Shown: positions 1-13,640 of the stretch, piece by piece
Layout: each line of letters opens with the position of its first letter
Numbering within the stretch: the first letter of the stretch is position 1
Source of the DNA: Macrostomum lignano
Lineage: Eukaryota
NCBI GenBank assembly: GCA_002269645.1
Contig: NIVC01000312.1
Location: 124,001 to 188,000, forward strand
DNA: 64,000 bases
Reading direction: 5' to 3'
Program-made: the position numbers and the translations under genes
The notes under the pieces: model-generated
The model's input: the letters and a program-made list of their open reading frames with translations, nothing else
What the model was told of the DNA's origin: nothing
Databases searched by the model: none

Positions 1-1765
1 ATCCATGGGAATCACCCCTGAATAATCCATGAGAATCACCCCTGAATCATCCATGAGAATCACCCCTGAATAATCCATGAGAATCGCCCCTGAATCATCC
101 ATGGGAATCACCCCTGAATAATCCATGAGAATCACCCCTGAATAATCCATGAGAATCGCCCCTGAATCATCCATGGGAATCACCCCTGAATCATCCATGG
201 GAATCACCCCTGAATAATCCATGAGAATCGGCCCTGAATCATCCATGAGAATCACCCCTGAATAATCCATGATAATCGCCCCTGAACCATCCATGAGAAT
301 CGGCCCTGAACCAGCCATGAGAATCGGCCCTGAACCAGCCATGAGAATCGGCCCTGAACCATCCATGAGAATCGCCCCTGAACCATCCATGAGAATCGGC
401 CCTGAACCATCCATGAGAATCGGCTCTGAACCAGCCATGAGAATCGGCCCTGAACCATCCATGAGAATCGCCCCTGAACCATCCATAAAAATCGCCCCTG
501 AACCATCCATGAGAATCGCCCCTGAACCATCCATGAGAATCGGCTCTGAACCATCCATGAGAATCGGCTCTGAACCAGCCATGAGAATCCGCCCTGAACC
601 ATCCATGAGAATCGGCCCTGAACCATCCATGAGAATCGGCCCTGAACCATCCATGAGAATCGCCCCTAAACCATCCATGAGAATCGGCCCTGAACCATCC
701 ATGAGAATCGGCCCTGAATCATCCATGGGAATCACCCCTGAATAATCCATGAGAATCGCCCCTGAATCATCCATGGGAATCACCCCTGAATAATCCATGA
801 GAATCACCCCTGAATAATCCATGAGAATCGCCCCTGAATCATCCATGGGAATCACCCCTGAATAATCCATGAGAATCACCCCTGAATCATCCATGAGAAT
901 CACCCCTGAATAATCCATGAGAATCGCCCCTGAATCATCCATGGGAATCACCCCTGAATAATCCATGAGAATCACCCCTGAATAATCCATGAGAATCGCC
1001 CCTGAATCATCCATGGGAATCACCCCTGAATCATCCATGGGAATCACCCCTGAATAATCCATGAGAATCGGCCCTGAATCATCCATGAGAATCACCCCTG
1101 AATAATCCATGATAATCGCCCCTGAACCATCCATGAGAATCGGCCCTGAACCAGCCATGAGAATCGGCCCTGAACCAGCCATGAGAATCGGCCCTGAACC
1201 ATCCATGAGAATCGCCCCTGAACCATCCATGAGAATCGGCCCTGAACCATCCATGAGAATCGGCTCTGAACCAGCCATGAGAATCGGCCCTGAACCATCC
1301 ATGAGAATCGCCCCTGAACCATCCATAAAAATCGCCCCTGAACCATCCATGAGAATCGCCCCTGAACCATCCATGAGAATCGGCTCTGAACCATCCATGA
1401 GAATCGGCTCTGAACCAGCCATGAGAATCCGCCCTGAACCATCCATGAGAATCGGCCCTGAACCATCCATGAGAATCGGCCCTGAACCATCCATGAGAAT
1501 CGCCCCTAAACCATCCATGAGAATCGGCCCTGAACCATCCATGAGAATCGGCCCTGAATAATCCATGAGAATCGCCCCTGAATCATCCATGAGAATCGGC
1601 CCTGAATCATCCATAAGAATCGGCCCTGAAACATCTATGAGAATCGGCCCTGAATCATCCATGAGAATCGGCCCTGAATCATCCATGAGAATCGGCCCTG
1701 AATCATCCATAAGAATCGGCCCTGAAACATCTATGAGAATGGCCCCTGAATCGCCCCTTGAATCG
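1..1765. repeat. 24-bp minisatellite (ATCCATGAGAATCGGCCCTGAACC-type) with an 840-bp higher-order duplication
   Basis: The unit is directly visible. 1-719 matches 841-1559 in the lines compared. The ORFs MRIGPEPS/MVQGRFSW are repeat translations. Confidence 0.97.
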
Positions 1766-1881
1766 CTAGTCAGAATACATGTTAACTGTTATTTCTTAGA
1801 AACTATCAGGTCATTGCGCATTCTCTAGTAATAATTTATAACCCGACTCTTAAATTCTCTATTGATTTCTCAAACCCTCAG

Positions 1882-2067
1882 CTCCGTGTCGCTGCAACAG
1901 CTGAAGCGCTTTGACGAGCCTGAGTACGCCAAACTCAAAGCTAAAGGCTATTCTGATGGTCAAAAATTATACTTTAATAAGGGCCTATAAATCTCTCAGA
2001 TCCTAACAGACTTCCGAGCTCAAGGAACATCCAATTCCCTCAGACTCAGCCGAATTCCCTGTCATAA
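1882..2067 (+). CDS. Probable last two exons of an unidentified gene (1882-1958, 2000-2067): ...SVSLQQLKRFDEPEYAKLKAKGYSD/DPNRLPSSRNIQFPQTQPNSLS*
   Basis: Acceptor ccctcag at 1881, a 41-nt GT-AG intron, and GC-rich codon-like sequence among AT-rich flanks. No homologue recognised. Confidence 0.4.
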
Positions 2068-2164
2068 ACATTATTCTGTATTCCAGTGCTTGATAAATTA
2101 ATATTTTTTATTGCGATAGTGACATTTCACTATCGAATCATCTGGTTGAAGGTCAGGGTTACAG

Positions 2165-3543
2165 TCAAATTGTCACTATAGACAGTCGAATTGTCACTGA
2201 CAGTCAAATTGTCACTGTAGACAGTCGAATTGTCACTGACAGTCAAATTGTCACTGTAGACAGTCGAATTGTCACTGACAGTCAAATTGTCACTGACAGT
2301 CAAATTGTCACTATAGACAGTCGAATTGTCACTATAGACAGTCAAATTGTCACTATAGACAGTCAAATTGTCACTGACAGTCAAATTGTCACTATAGACA
2401 GTCAAATTGTCACTGACAGTCAAATTGTCACTATAGACAGTCAAATTGTCACTATAGACAGTCAAATTGTCACTATAGACAGTCAAATTGTCACTATAGA
2501 CAGTCAAATTGTCACTATAGACAGTCAAATTGTCACTATAGACAGTCAAATTGTCACTGGCAGTCGAATTGTCACTATGGACAGTCAAATTGTCACTATA
2601 GACAGTCAAATTGTCACTATAGACAGTCGAATTGTCACTGGCAGTCAAATTGTCACTATGGACAGTCAAATTGTCACTATAGACAGTCGAATTGTCACTA
2701 TGGACAGTCGAATCGTCACTGGCAGTCAAATTGTCACTGGCAGTCGAATTGTCACTGGCAGTCAAATTGTCACTATGGACAGTCAAATTGTCACTATAGA
2801 CAGTCAAATTGTCACTGGCAGTCAAATTGTCACTGACAGTCAAATTGTCACTGACAGTCAAATTGTCACTATAGACAGTCGAATTGTCACTGGCAGTCAA
2901 ATTGTCACTGACAGTCAAATTGTCACTATGGACAGTCAAATTGTCACTATAGACAGTAAAATTGTCACTGACAGTCAAATTGTCACTATAGACAGTCAAA
3001 TTGTCACTATGGACAGTCAAATTGTCACTGACAGTCAAATTGTCACTGACAGTCAAATTGTCACTGACAGTCAAATTGTCACTGACAGTCAAATTGTCAC
3101 TATGGACAGTCAAATTGTCACTATAGACAGTCAAATTGTCACTGACAGTCAAATTGTCACTGACAGTCAAATTGTCACTGACAGTCAAATTGTCACTGAC
3201 AGTCAAATTGTCACTATAGACAGTCAAATTGTCACTGACAGTCAAATTGTCACTATAGACAGTCAAATTGTCACTATGGACAGTCAAATTGTCACTATAG
3301 ACAGTCAAATTGTCACTGACAGTCAAATTGTCACTGACAGTCAAATTGTCACTGACAGTCAAATTGTCACTGACAGTCAAATTGTCACTATAGACAGTCA
3401 AATTGTCACTATAGACAGTCAAATTGTCACTGACAGTCAAATTGTCACTGACAGTCAAATTGTCACTGACAGTCAAATTGTCACTGACAGTCAAATTGTC
3501 ACTGACAGTCAAATTGTCACTGACAGTCAAATTGTCACTGACA
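2165..3543. repeat. 18/21-bp minisatellite GACAGTCAAATTGTCACT(ATA)
   Basis: Two unit lengths are interspersed. The unit carries an internal inverted motif (TGACAGTCA). Confidence 0.97.
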
Positions 3544-4084
3544 GGCGGTTATAATTTTTATCTTGTCGATTTTTCTTAGTCAGGTTGACGGTTCAACTCT
3601 GTAAAGCTTGCCAGAAAATAGTTAGCTGTTTCGATTTTAAACCCCTATTACATTTACATAAATTGTTTAACCTTGTTGAAAATTGGAGTTACTTCAGTGT
3701 GTGTAAATGTGTTTTGGAATTTACTAAATAATGTCTGGTGTGTAGTCTGTAGTAATTAAATAGATTTTAATTGTTGTGTTTCAGAACTTTTTTATTCTAA
3801 ATTGCCTAAAAGTAATTCTTCCCTGAATAATTCAAAATCAAGTTGTGTAACACTGGCCCCAGGCAATTGTTATAATCTCGCATGCCCTATTTTAACTATT
3901 AAATCCACCGCATTAACTATTTTAATTCTATCCATTATGATTCATTTTTTGCTCGACTTGAACGAGGTACAATTTTTTATAGCTGTCTTTTGCTTCAATA
4001 AAATTCTAATTTTTATTCTCCTACTGAATTAATTTCCTAAGTTTGAAGCGAATAGTGAGTCTTGATTGTTTTGCCCGACCCGCA

Positions 4085-4288
4085 GACAGACAGACAGACA
4101 GACAGACACACAGGCAGGCAGGCAGAGACAGACAGGCAGACAGACAGGCAGACAGACAGACAGACACACAGGCAGGCAGGCAGAGACAGACAGGCAGACA
4201 GACAGACAGACACACAGGCAGGCAGGCAGAGACAGACAGGCAGACAGACAGGCAGACAGACAGACAGACAGACAGACAGACACACAGG

Positions 4289-4346
<58 letters not shown>

Positions 4347-4900
4347 CACAGGCAGACAAACAGACAGACACACAGGCAGGCAGGCAGAGACAGACAGGCA
4401 GACAGACAGACAGACAGACAGGCAGACAGACAGACAGACAGACAGGCAGACAGACACACAGGCAGGCAGGCAGAGACAGACAGGCAGACAGACAGACAGA
4501 CACACAGGCAGGCAGGCAGAGACAGACAGGCAGACAGACAGACAGACAGACAGGCAGGCAGACAGACAGACAGAACAGACAGACAGACAGGCAGACACAC
4601 AGGCAGGCAGACAGAGACGGGCAGGCAGACGGACAGGCAGGCAGACAGAACAGGCAGACAGACAGACAGACAAGCAGACAGGCATGCAGGCAGACAGACA
4701 GGCAGGCAGACGGACAGGCAGGCAGACAGAACAGGCAGACAGACAGGCAGGCAGACAGACAAACAGGCAGACAGACAGGCAGACAGACAGACAGACAGGC
4801 AGGCAGACGAACAGGCAGACAGACAGACAGACAGACATACAGACAAACAGACAGACAGCGAGACAGGCAGACATACAGAGAGAACAGACACAGACAGGCA
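4085..4900. repeat. (CAGA/CAGG)n compound microsatellite
   Basis: Directly visible; it explains the RQTD/SVCL ORFs. Confidence 0.97.
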
Positions 4901-5079
4901 TGAGCAAAGAACTACGAGTAGTTCGGACAGTCATTTTAAGTGCCGTTATATCAAACAAATTAGAGAGTGCAGATAACAAAATTAGATATTAGCAAACTCT
5001 CAAAAACAAAGGTTTATACTGACTGGTTGCATGTGCCGCAAAAGCCGGCCAATCCAAAGCAACCCCAGCCACAGCCGCA

Positions 5080-6058
5080 ATGGCAAAATCAGACAGCGGA
5101 GTCGGCCGCAAGTTGCTGCTCAAATCTGAACGCGAGAAATGCTGGCACGCGAGAGATGCCTATTGGGCCTGTCTGGAGAGCGGTCGCGAGTCCGGCACAG
5201 GCAAGGCCAACAAATGCTCCAAAGAGCTGGCAGAGTTTCATAATGCCTGTCCGAGGCAATGGGTGAGTGTTATAGAGCTTTGGGGAGCACTCACAGGTGT
5301 CATTAAAGATCATTCACAGGTTTCATTGAAGATCATTCACAGGTGATGTCATTAAAGATCATTCACAGGTGATGTCATTAAAGATCATTCACAGGTGATG
5401 TCATTAAAGATCATTCACAGGTTTCATTAAAGATCATTCACAGGTGATGTCACTAAAGATCATTCACAGGTTTCATTAAAGATCATTCACAGGTGATGTC
5501 ACTAAAGATCATTCACAGGTTTCATTAAAGATCATTCACAGGTGATGTCACTAAAGATCATTCACAGGTTTCATTAAAGATCATTCACAGGTGATGTCAT
5601 TAAAGATCATTCACAGGTTTCATTAAAGATCATTCACAGGTGATGTCACTAAAGATCATTCACAGGTTTCATTAAAGATCATTCACAGGTGTCATTCGGG
5701 ATAAACTCACAGTTGTGATTGGGGATCACTCACAGGTGTAATTGGGGATCACTCACAGGTGTGATTAGGGATCCCTCACAGTTGTGATTGGGGATCACTC
5801 ACAGGTGTAATTGGGGATCACTCACAGGTGTGATTAGGGATCCCTCACAGTTGTGATTAGGGATCACTCACAGGTGTGATAAGGTATCAAGCATAAACCC
5901 GACGCCCCCTATTGGATCCTCAGATTGATCACTTTGTCAGGAAGCGCGAATACGACCTGTTCAAGGAGAAAATCGAGAAAGGCGAAGCATCTGATAAGGA
6001 TATAAAAAGTCACATGACTTTCTCCATCCCAAAGGAGGCCAGAAGTGGGCCAGCTTGA
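5080..6058 (+). CDS. COA6: Cytochrome c oxidase assembly factor 6 homologue, 2 exons (5080-5262, 5924-6058), 105 aa
   Basis: EREKCWHARDAYWACL...CSKELAEFHNACPRQW/IDHFVRKREY is the COA6/COX6B-type twin-Cys motif. Phase-0 intron TGG|gtgagt...ctcag|ATT; AATAAA at 6061. Confidence 0.9.
5300..5880. repeat. Two intronic minisatellites in COA6 (23/26-bp AGGT(GATG/TT)TCATTAAAGATCATTCAC; 23-bp AGGTGTRATTGGGGATCACTCAC)
   Basis: Directly visible inside the intron 5263-5923. Confidence 0.95.
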
Positions 6059-6384
6059 CTAATAAAGTTGCATGGATTTGAATATAATTGTGCCGCCTTA
6101 TTATGTCATCCAGTGCACGCCTGTACTATATGAAAATCTGTGTGTCTTTTCACTGTTCGGTTCAATTTTCAATTTAGTTAATAGCCGTTGATTAAATAAA
6201 TCATCATTTGCTCTCGCCGTGAATGCGTTATATGAAAACTTCAATTGTGTTTTTTTGTGTCGTTTTAATTCAAGGAAGATTTAGACAGTAGGTAGTCGAT
6301 GTAAATAATAATGTGTATCATACTGCTAATTCGACCGGTAAACCTTAGTTGCCTATCTGATGTTTCAATTTTGTATTATCTTAT

Positions 6385-6680
6385 CATCTCTCACTCTTCT
6401 CTTCTCTCCCCTCTCCTCTCTTCTCTCTCCTCTCATCTCTTCTCTCTCTCTCTCATCTCTCTTCTCTCTTGTCTCATCTCTTTCCTTATCTCTTCTTCTC
6501 TCCTTTCCTCTCTTCTCTCCTTCCTCATCTCTTTTCTCCTCTCCTCTCTTCTCTCTCCTCTTCTCTCTCTTCTCTCTCATCTCCTCTTATCTCTCTCCTC
6601 TCCTCTTTCCTTTACTGTCATCTTTCTTTTCTCCTCTCCTCTCTTTGCTTCTCTCTCCTCTCTCCTCTTTCCTCTATTTC
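6385..6680. repeat. CT-rich low-complexity tract
   Basis: Almost pure pyrimidine on the + strand. Confidence 0.9.
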
Positions 6681-7692
6681 TTCAAAGATCCATTATGAAA
6701 TTATACGCGGAGCAATCGGCTGGCCTTTCTTCGAAAGAAATTTTTGTAAATATGCATAAACATCTATGATTTATTAGTCAGCAGTAGTATGAGTTAGTCA
6801 CTGGAAACTGATGGTAATTAACTGCGAAATACAAACATCAAAACAAAAATTGAAACATGAGAGCATTGTATCTGCACTTTGAGTATTTTATCTTAGGAAT
6901 GAATAGAAAACAAAAGATGTGTCATAAAATGTGTTTTTCTAAAAAGTTGATAAATATTTTATCTAAAAGAGAAAATCTACATAATAGAAAGTATATGCAA
7001 CGGACTATTTCACAAAAACAATAATTTTGGGGATGTAGGGATACCTGTTACGATATGACGGGTTTTATCGGTCCCAAGCAGTTGTCTATGTTTACACGCA
7101 CCTCGACTGCATACGAGTGGTTCCACTATAGTCTATGGTCTTGAAGACATGATGTCTATGGTCTGAAAGGACATTAGCATGTAGTGGCCTGTTCGCAGAC
7201 GATACAAAAAAGTTTGGGGCCGCTGTACACTCCTGTGTGAGTGTGTGCCTGTGCGTATGACTGCGTACGTATCCACGGGCTTGTGTGCCTGCTCAGGGGA
7301 GTCGGCGGAATGGGCAGTAATGCCTCTCACCGGCGCGCCAGGGTGACTATTCTGCTTTGCCAACGGATGTCGAAGAACAGCTGTCTGAGGGTGAACTTTA
7401 TTCTTGAATTACTGTGGCTCGTGTTTAAAAAAAACAGAAAAAACAGACTGACGGATGGACAGAAAGACAACAGACACACGGGAAATTATTGAATTTTATA
7501 ATGGAATCATTTTCTTGTCGGCACAATTATTAAAATATGATTCAGATTGCTTTTGTTATAATTCTCAACTTGGCTGACGAAAGCAACACTAATTTGTAAT
7601 TATTCATCATTGCATTAGTTGCCATAGGGAATTCTGTTAGTAGTATTTTCCCACTCCAATCAAATCACTTGCGGACGTCGTTCTCTCCTCAT

Positions 7693-10600
7693 TTAGATTG
7701 GCGTCACGTCGTTCTTGATATGATAGCAGAGCATGATTATGGCCAGTGCCGCTATGCATCCCTGGAATATATATCAGCGCGTGAAACAGTGAAAATGGCA
7801 TAAAATTTTAAACAAATTGACAGACAGAGAAAGAGAGAGAGAAGCAGACAGACAAACAGACAGACAGGCAAATAGACAGACAGACAGACAGACAGGCAAA
7901 CAGACAGTCGGACAGATGGACAGACAGACAGACAGGCAGACAGACAGTCGGACAGACAGACAGACAGACAGAAAGGCAGACAGACAGACAGACAGACAGA
8001 AAGGCAGACAGACAGACAGACAGACAGACAGACACCAACTAAAGCATAAATGTCAGCACAAGAATCATCATATTACCAATCACCAATATTTCATGAGTAT
8101 TTATATCATATACTGACAGTTTTGAGCAGTTTCAGTGTCACTATGCTATACTCGAACTCAATATTTAAAACGCTCTCACCGTGATAGCGGCTGTAATGGC
8201 CATGCCAGTCATGACAACATTAGCGTATGTTGTCAGGATGTCCCACAGTTTACCGTAGCAACTTTTCATGTAGTTACTGTTGCTTGGCGTAGGATTATAG
8301 GTGCAATTCTTGTCGACTGGTTCAAATGTGGTCATGCTGAGCTGACAGCAGGATAGGGGAGCCACTAGTGCTGCAATATGGTGGCGTGTTTAAGTTTAGG
8401 GATTTGCTGCTTGATTCTGATTGACGCGTGAAGGTTTTTTGGCCTACAGATTTCTATAATAAACTGTGGTTCTACTTGATGGGATTAACTCCATTACCTG
8501 TTAGGCTCAAATGCATTATCCAATGGGATCAGCTTCATCACCTTAATATAGGATCAGCTTCATCACCTTAATATAGGATCAGCTTCATCACCTTAATATA
8601 GGATCAGCTTCATCACCTTAATATAGGATCAGCTTCATCACCTTAATATAGGATCAGCTTCATCACCTTAATATAGGATCAGCTTCATCAGCTTAATATA
8701 GGATCAGCTTCATCACCTTGATATAGGATAAGCTTCATCACCTTAATATTATAGGATCAGCTTCATCACCTTAATATAGAATCAGCTTCATCACCTTAAT
8801 ATAGGATCAGCTTCATCACCTTAATATAGGATCAGCTTCATCACCTTAATATAGGATCAGCTTCATCAGCTTAATATAGGATCAGCTTCATCAGCTTAAT
8901 ATAGGATCAGCTTCATCACCTTGATATAGGATAAGCTTCATCACCTTAATATTATAGGATCAGCTTCATCACCTTAATATAGAATCAGCTTCATCACCTT
9001 AATATAGGATCAGCTTCAACACCTTAATATAGGATCAGCTTCATCACCTTAATATACGATCAGCTTCATCAGCTTAATATAGGATCAGCTTCATCACCTT
9101 GATATAGGATAAGCTTCATCACCTTAATATAGGATCAGCTTCATCACCTTAATATTATAGGATCAGCTTCATCACCTTAATATAGGATAAGCTTCATCAC
9201 CTTAATATAGGATAAGCTTCATCACCTTAATATAGGATAAGCTTCATCACCTTAATATAGGATCAGCTTCATCACCTTAATATAGAATCAGCTTCATCAG
9301 CTTAATATAGGATCAGCTTCATCACCTTGATATAGGCTAATCTTCATCACCTTAATATAAGATCAGCTTCATCACCTTAATATAGGATCAGCTTCATCAC
9401 CTTAGTATAGGATCAGCTTCAATACCTAAAAGGAGAATTTGGTCTCAGAGAGGAAAAAGTGTGCAGATCTGAACTCACTGACATATCTCGACTCGGACGA
9501 TAGGTAATAGGTTCGATTCCACTGACTAGCCGAGTAGAAGTCAGTAAAGTTGTCTATACCGCAGCATTCGAGCTGAAATTTATTCGAAACGGTTACTGTA
9601 CATGCACATGCGTTTATCGAACTCGAACTTTAAAGTAATTTTAACTTAGTAAACTTACACGACCCTGGATAATGTCCAACACTTTGCTGAAATCGTTCTG
9701 ACTACTCGACTGGCTTCCCTGGTACTGCTCGGTAATGAGTCGCTTCATCTCTTTGGCCCCAATGCTGCGCATGTCCTGTTTGAACAGCAGGTATCCGATC
9801 ACGAATCCAAGCAGAGCTAGGGTTAGGGCCAGTACTAGGACCACGTACTGCGGGGATGTATGAATTGCAGAGCGTTTTCAAACACATTAATTCAACCTTC
9901 AAGTGGCAATGTACAGTTAATTTGCTTTTACACTACTGTTAGTAGCTTTTGCTCGGAGAAATGTTAGAGTCAGGTTAAGTAAATGGTTTTCAGGACTCTA
10001 TAAAAGTTGTAATCTGCCAACCCGCCAGCTAGTGATAATTACACGTACTTTAGTTCCACTAGCTCCAATATGCAAGTTATCCCCTGTACAAATCGGTCCA
10101 GATCTTTGTGAGGACCCCTTCTATCTAGATTACCCTTAAATCATATGGTGCAAATTTTATAACCTAAATGTATATATAAATATAAAAATTTGAATTTTAT
10201 TCTTCGTATTATCCAACATTACTCGCTGGATAAATCGGCAGAGCCCTCCCTGGGCTGACCCGAGGGTCAATACTCTTGACCCATTCGTTTAATAAGTACA
10301 GGTACTTTAGTACTACCATAGTATTAGTAAAGTTGGGAGGTCCTATATACACCAATACATCTTGCTAATCAGCCCTGTTTGCTCAAAACCTGCTCAGAGT
10401 TGGGGCTACTCAAACACTAGTTATATGTGGAACGCATGGTTTTTTAAGCAATAAAGTACTCCACTCAGTCACGCTTGTTCTTCTTTCCGTGTACTTTTAT
10501 TTCTCGAAAAATTAGAACTTTATCTGTTGTGTTTTGTCTTACCTACTCTTCTATCTGAGGAGACCTTAATGATATAGCCCAACCTGCTCTGTCTCTAATC

Positions 10601-12305
10601 GTCTAATAGCCTCACTTGCTCTGTCCCTAATCATCTAATAGCCTCACTTGCTCTGTCCCTAATCATCTAATAGCCTCACTTACCGTGTCCCTAATCATCT
10701 AATAGCCTCACCTACTCTGTCCCTAATCATCTAATAGCCCCACAAAAAGTATATTCCACTGCAGTACAGTACATTCACTCACCACAATGAGAACGACCTT
10801 CAGTTTGCAGCAGGCGCCAACGCAGCCCAAAATGCTGCTGGCCAGAATAAATGCGCCAATTCCGAGGAGCACTATGCCGGCATAGCCTGCAATAGTTTTT
10901 GTAGAAAATTATTGTTTATTATGTTTATTCTGATGTCAGATGGTGCCTAAAACTAGATGTCAGATGGCGCCTTAAACTAGATGTCAGATGGCGCCTAAAC
11001 TGGATGTCAGATGGTGCCTAAAGCTAGATGTAAGATGGCGCCTAAAACTAGATGTCAGATGGCGCCTAAAACTAGATGTCAGATGGCGCCTAAAACTTGG
11101 TATCAGCTGGCGGCCTAAAACTAGATGTCAGATGGCGCCTAAAACTAGATGTCAGGTGGCGCCTAAAACTAGATGTCAGATGGCGCCTAAAACTAGATGT
11201 CAGATGGCGCCTAAACTGGATGTCAGATGGCGCCTAAAAATAGTGTCAGATGGCGCCTAAACTGGATATCAGATGGCGCCTAAAACTGGATTTCAGATGG
11301 CGCCTAAAACTGGATGTCAGATGGCGCCTAAAACTGGATGTCAGATGGCGCCTAAACTGGATGTCAGATGGCGCCTAAACTGGATGTCAGATGGCGCCTA
11401 AAACTAGATGTCAGATGGCGCCTAAAACTAGATGTCAGATGGCGCCTAAACTGGATGTCAGATGGCGCCTAAAAATAGTGTCAGATGGCGCCTAAAAATA
11501 GTGTCAGATGGCGCCTAAACTGGATATCAGATGGCGCCTAAAACTGGATTTCAGATGGCGCCTAAAACTGGATGTCAGATGGCGCCTAAAACTGGATGTC
11601 AGATGGCGCCTAAACTGGATGTCAGATGGCGCCTAAACTGGATGTCAGATGGCGCCTAAATCTGGGTTATCAAGGACAAACTCACTGACAATGGTTGACC
11701 AGCTGCCAAGTATTTTCTGCACATCCGCGATGCTCAGTTGCACATTCGAGCCGCCAACGTTGCTGCTGGCCAGGGAGGACAGTAGGCCGCTGAACAGCTG
11801 GTAGATGGCGCTGCCGCCGAAGTGGAGAAGGCAGCCGACAATGCCCAGCAGGATGCCAACAGTCTGGTGGCAGGTGCGGATCGAGAGTTGTTAGAGCCTA
11901 ATGCGATGTGATATCGGTCTCCTAAGAGCCTAATGCGATGTGATATCGGTCTCAGCTAAGAGCCTAATGCGATGTGATATTGGTCTCAGCTAAGAGCCTA
12001 ATGCGATGTGATATTGGTCTCAGCTAAGAGCCTAATGCGATGTGATACCGGTCTCAGCTAAGGGCCTAATGCGATGTGATGCCGGTCGATTTTTAGATTT
12101 TTAATCGATCGCCTAAGATCCTAATGGAATTAAAACTGATCTCCTAAGAGTCTAATGAACTTTGAAAGTTGGCTTGCTAGTAGTTTAATTTAATGTACTG
12201 CAATGTAATGCAGAAGGCCTTCTTCAAACTCACAATTAGCAGACTGTTCACGATGTACAGTATGCATGCAGCAATCTGGGAGGTGCAACAGCCGCAGGCG
12301 CCCAT
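7693..12305 (-). CDS. Tetraspanin A, 7 exons (12305-12234, 11863-11686, 10886-10783, 9847-9659, 9572-9479, 8370-8180, 7761-7693), about 298 aa
   Basis: Four TM segments; N-terminal MGACGCC; GCVGACC after TM2; ECCG and PLSCC..C..GC-type EC2 cysteines. All junctions are GT-AG and in phase. Confidence 0.92.
7818..8035. repeat. (CAGA)n microsatellite in tetraspanin A intron 6
   Basis: Directly visible. Confidence 0.95.
8526..9421. repeat. 25-bp minisatellite GGATCAGCTTCATCACCTTAATATA in tetraspanin A intron 5
   Basis: About 35 near-identical units. Confidence 0.97.
10585..10742. repeat. 32-bp minisatellite (about 5 units) in tetraspanin A intron 3
   Basis: Unit CTCTGTCCCTAATCATCTAATAGCCTCACTTG. 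Confidence 0.9.
10935..11660. repeat. 23/24-bp minisatellite GTCAGATGGCGCCTAAAACTAGAT in tetraspanin A intron 2
   Basis: Directly visible. Confidence 0.96.
11893..12085. repeat. 34-bp minisatellite in tetraspanin A intron 1
   Basis: Unit CTAAGAGCCTAATGCGATGTGATATTGGTCTCAG, about 5 copies. Confidence 0.9.
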
Positions 12306-13054
12306 CTTTGAATCAAGTCAGATTATTGCTTCGAGAATTCAAGCAGTATATGAGCAACTTGAGAGCTTGCAGTCCTGGTATATCCCAGAGCGATTATATC
12401 TTCCCGTTGCTAACGTAGCTTTTTTGTTTACGTTGGCAACCCAGTTCCTTGTGCAGTTGACGAGCGGAGACTGTTTTGAACAAAGAACATCTGCTCGGGG
12501 TTCTGCAATAGCGCCTGGCAGTTGGAGAAGTTTAATAGCGGCAGGTATACATGTAGGCTATAGTTTTCTCATCCGTTGCTATGGTAACTGGCTTCTCCCC
12601 CACGGGGGCTCGGAGGGAAGGAAAGCAGAGGGCAATGCCAACCAGAAGAGAAATAGAGAGGATGCGAGGGGATGAAGGGGACGCAAAGTGTGGGAAAAAT
12701 GGAGTGAGAAAAGCTCTTCTAACCTGTAGCAGAACTGGCTATTGCCTGACAGACTTGTACTCTTTCTTGCCTTTTCTCTCTCTCCATTTCCTGCTAAAAC
12801 TGCACGCGGTGCTTGTCGATGCAAGCAGTTTTTTCACCTGCGTGTCCTCTGCTAATTCTAATTTGTAAGACTTAATGTACTTTGCTGCTTTTTGGGGTGG
12901 GGTAGATTCCTGCGCCTATAGTGAGCAAATATCCAAGCTTTACATGTACTGAGCAGCCGGCTGGTTCCAGTTTAGTGTTGTGCAGTGCAGCTTCCTGGCG
13001 ACTCCAGCCGCATTGTATTAAAATGCGATGATCAATCAATTCCCTATTCCTGAT

Positions 13055-13640
13055 CAAGTCTCATTAGGCTCTGACACTCCAGTCTTATCATTAGGCTCTG
13101 ACAATCAAGTCTCATTAGGCTCTGACACTCTAGTCTCATTACTAGGCTTTGACACTCAAGTCTCATTAGGCTCTGACACTCAAGTCTCATTACTAGGCTC
13201 TGACACTCAAGTCTCATTATTAGGCTCTGACACTCCAGTCTCATTATTAGGCTCTGACACTCCAGTCTCATTAGGCTCTGACACTCCAGTCTCATTAGGC
13301 TCTGACACTCCAGTCTCATTAGGCTCTGACATTCCAGTCTCATTAGGCTCTGACAATCCAGTCTCATTAGGCTCTGACACTCCAATCTCATTAGGCTCTG
13401 ACGCCCCAGTCTCATTAGGCTCTGACACTCGAGTCTCATTAGGCTCTGACAATCCAGTCTCATTAGGCTCTGACACTCCAGTCTCATTAGGCTCTGACAC
13501 TCCAGTCTCATTAGGCTCTGACACTCCAGTCTCATTAGGCTCTGACACTCCAGTCTCATTAGGCTCTGACACTCCAGTCTCATTAGGCTCTGACACTCCA
13601 GTCTCATTAGGCTCTGACACTCTAGTCTCATTATTAGGCT
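13055..13640. repeat. 24/27-bp intergenic minisatellite GTCTCATTAGGCTCTGACACTCCA
   Basis: Directly visible; it produces the VSLGSDTP ORFs. Confidence 0.96.

Noticed and set aside
252-4992. Long ORFs with periodic peptides (MRIGPEPS, SDNLTV, RQTD, SVCL)
   Set aside because: These are translations of tandem repeats, open in several frames and on both strands. The same applies to similar ORFs at 13.0-13.7, 15.7-18.4, 20.4-21.6, 27.8-30.5, 32.5-33.1, 34.7-35.4 and 46.9-48.8 kb.
7133-7492. ORFs downstream of tetraspanin A
   Set aside because: The tetraspanin stop is at 7693, and these have no homology or consistent splice support.
10256-10282. TGACCC-GA-GGGTCA-N7-TGACCC nuclear-receptor-like element
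   Set aside because: A short isolated palindrome that could be chance or a transposon footprint; no supporting evidence.
12193-12868. ORFs of 81-160 aa near the start of tetraspanin A
   Set aside because: They are antisense to or upstream of the real first exon and have no recognisable motifs.
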